Origin: Massalongia carnosa
Lineage: Eukaryota
DNA: 64,000 bases
Direction of reading: 5' to 3'
Assembly (NCBI GenBank): GCA_965645245.1
Contig: OZ287079.1
Location: forward strand, 1,426,001 to 1,490,000
Part shown: one piece after another, positions 61,886-64,000 of the stretch
Layout: every line of letters starts with the position of its first letter
Numbering within the stretch: the stretch's first letter is position 1
Notes under the pieces: generated by a model
Databases searched by the model: none
What the model saw: only the letters and a program-made list of their open reading frames with translations
What the model was told of the DNA's origin: nothing
Position numbers and translations under genes: made by a program

Positions 61886-64000
61886 GTTCGAATGCAATTA
61901 TGTTGTACAGCTCGATCGCAGATGTTGTTAAGACTTTGAAATCATGAGTTTTTGAGGATTGAAGAGGTGATTGATACTCGACCACGAGGGCGGCAACGGC
62001 GGCTAGTTACTTATTAACTAAGCAGTTCGTTCACCCGTCTCAGTTTCTCCCTGTTCATTCTCCCATCTCGATACATATCTCGTTGGAGGAAAACTCGAAA
62101 GAAAACTAAGGCTGGTACCAAACCCCCCGTCCTCCCCCTAAATCTTGAGTTTGAGCTGCTCAAGACCGATTATGGCTTTAACTATGTGACGCCTATATAA
62201 AACGGCATGCATTTCATGCACCAAATTCTAAAGGTCGGGCTGAGATTGAATCCTTGATATTATCTGCGTTATATTCAAATATACACCCCAGGAACTTTGG
62301 GAAGTCCAGGCAAATAACTGAGCTAAGTTAAAGCCACTTCTTGGGCATTAAAGGCCTTCCCCCGTTAAATCTAAAAATTCGTGCGGGCTTTTGCACGTCT
62401 CATTTGCATTTCCGGCATTGCGATACTGATAGTGACATTAGAAAAGGTCCATATTGACTTGGTGTTCTCTTACTAGGCACCCTACAATTGAGAGACCATA
62501 TTCTTCAATAGTCTGCTACAATTCTCGATTTTGGGTATGATTGAACCTTAGTTCAGATAATAAAGAACTCCATTCAAAGCATACCTTCTCTAAGCGTCTT
62601 GTCTCTGGAGTTTCGTCGTTCAAAGGGCATCGTTTTGTTTAGGACCTCTTGCAGATCTGATAAAACAAGGAATGCTTTATCTCTGAAAGGATCTCTGGAA
62701 AGAATGACGGGCCCTGGTGTTCAAATATCACCGCTCTCTATTATTTTTACTACTTGTTGAACTCTCCTTTTTCCTTAGCAACGGCGTTTTCCATGCAAGA
62801 GAGTGGATTCAATCGAAACAACTCCAATCCATTTTCAAGTCAGACTAAACTCCGGAATCTTTGTTGTATTTAAGATATACTGCCAGGAAAATAATTTTCA
62901 GCTACCCTAGATGGAGATGGTTAGCTCGATTCGACAGTCAGGACGAAGATTATGGGCGAACAGGATGTTTCCATGGATGGATTTAAGCCTTTAGGGGAAA
63001 GCCATCTTGCTGGTTTATTAATTCTTCTTCACGCTGGATTCGTTAACAAAATAAGTTATACCCATTTACAAAAGGGAAAGCTCATGACAGTTTATAGCTT
63101 CCTTTCTTACTCCATATGCTTCGCGATGTCCTAGTAAGATTAGTGCTGTTCTTAGCAGCGCCACTGCGGCTTTACAGATAACAACTGATGGCACTCTATT
63201 AATAATTCGGATGGAATGCCTAACCTGAATGGACATTTAAATCTAGAAATGTTCCAACTGAATTCGATTGCCAATGTGCCATTGGTGTCACTCGATTAGA
63301 ATTGCTGAAGGATCAGTTCTGTAAACTTGTTCGTCCAGGGCAAACCTAGTTCTGTGGCGCATCCCTACCATCCACCAGTCCAGGCTTCCAATTTTTGTAA
63401 CGATTAAATTTCTAGCTGTCATAAAGAAATCTAGACGCATGAACGGGGAGATGTGTTGCAAGGTAAGCTGTGCAGAGGCAAGGAGGTTAATGATAGTTCA
63501 ACACCTCCGACCGAGGAGTTTATACTTTGACACTGAAAAGTCTAGCAAAATAAATATTCACTGAAAACATGATTAGCGTTACAGATCTATCCGCAGCAGG
63601 ACCATCAGCTGTGGATATCAAACGTTGTATAATTATATCAATTGAGCAATTTAAACACGGTCGTCTTCTACTTGGAACTTGTCGTCCACCTACTGTACTC
63701 ATACTTTCACGTCAATTTCTCTTGCATTATCTTGTTTCCTGAAAATGAGCTGTTTTGCTTGAGGGTTTGTGAGAGACGATCATGACTACAATCCCTTCAA
63801 GTCCTTAAGCATCACCAATCTCTCAACAGTCTCAATAGCATCTTGGGAAACCAACGGTACTAAATTCGCTCTTCTAGCTCACGTGATCGCTCATATATCC
63901 AATTATTACATACCCCTGCATTTATTTCTGAATTTCACCGTAGTTCAATAAGAGTTTAGCGGATACAACCATCAAATTTCTGATGTGAATCTCCTTGTTT

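Noticed and set aside
62200..64000. Possible decayed multi-exon gene
   Set aside because: Some splice-like signals but no interpretable reading frame
1..64000. Starship giant transposon, secondary-metabolite cluster, rRNA/tRNA genes or telomeric repeats
   Set aside because: No tyrosine-recombinase captain, PKS/NRPS, RNA-gene signatures or TTAGGG arrays seen

Overview
Eukaryotic, intron-containing DNA from a filamentous ascomycete (Pezizomycotina). GT-AG introns of about 45-75 nt with CTRAC/CTAAT branch sites support this; a lichen-forming lineage is plausible but not provable from the sequence. A block of housekeeping genes runs through the window: TatD/Scn1, CTF18, a BTB protein, GST, TOK1, ETF-alpha, RRN5, RSC8/Ssr2, IRC3, BST1, a membrane protein, a RING E3, an OTT_1508-type deaminase, glycogen phosphorylase and SDT1. 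Two transposon nests interrupt it. (1) 1-3851: the 3' LTR of one Ty3/gypsy element sits in the integrase of a chromovirus, which sits in a pogo/Fot1 transposase that also carries a solo LTR with a perfect 5-bp TSD. (2) ~43230-50185: a decayed Helitron RepHel is split in-frame by a long-TIR Tc1/mariner element (TA TSD), which itself holds two LTR-like inserts. A DD37E Tc1 element and several pseudogenes (Zn-ADH, Myb-like, a second HapB/NF-YA copy) are also present. The most unusual signals are: a spliced antisense Zn2Cys6-like gene in the chromovirus 3' region that the ORF track misses; a convergent basic/acidic accessory ORF inside the Tc1 TIRs; a shared R-hydrophobic-R-hydrophobic-x-PPK motif in two unrelated transposon proteins; about 13 non-coding TAC(A/G)GAGTA motifs; and a candidate structured ncRNA. 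All calls come from reading the sequence; no searches were run.
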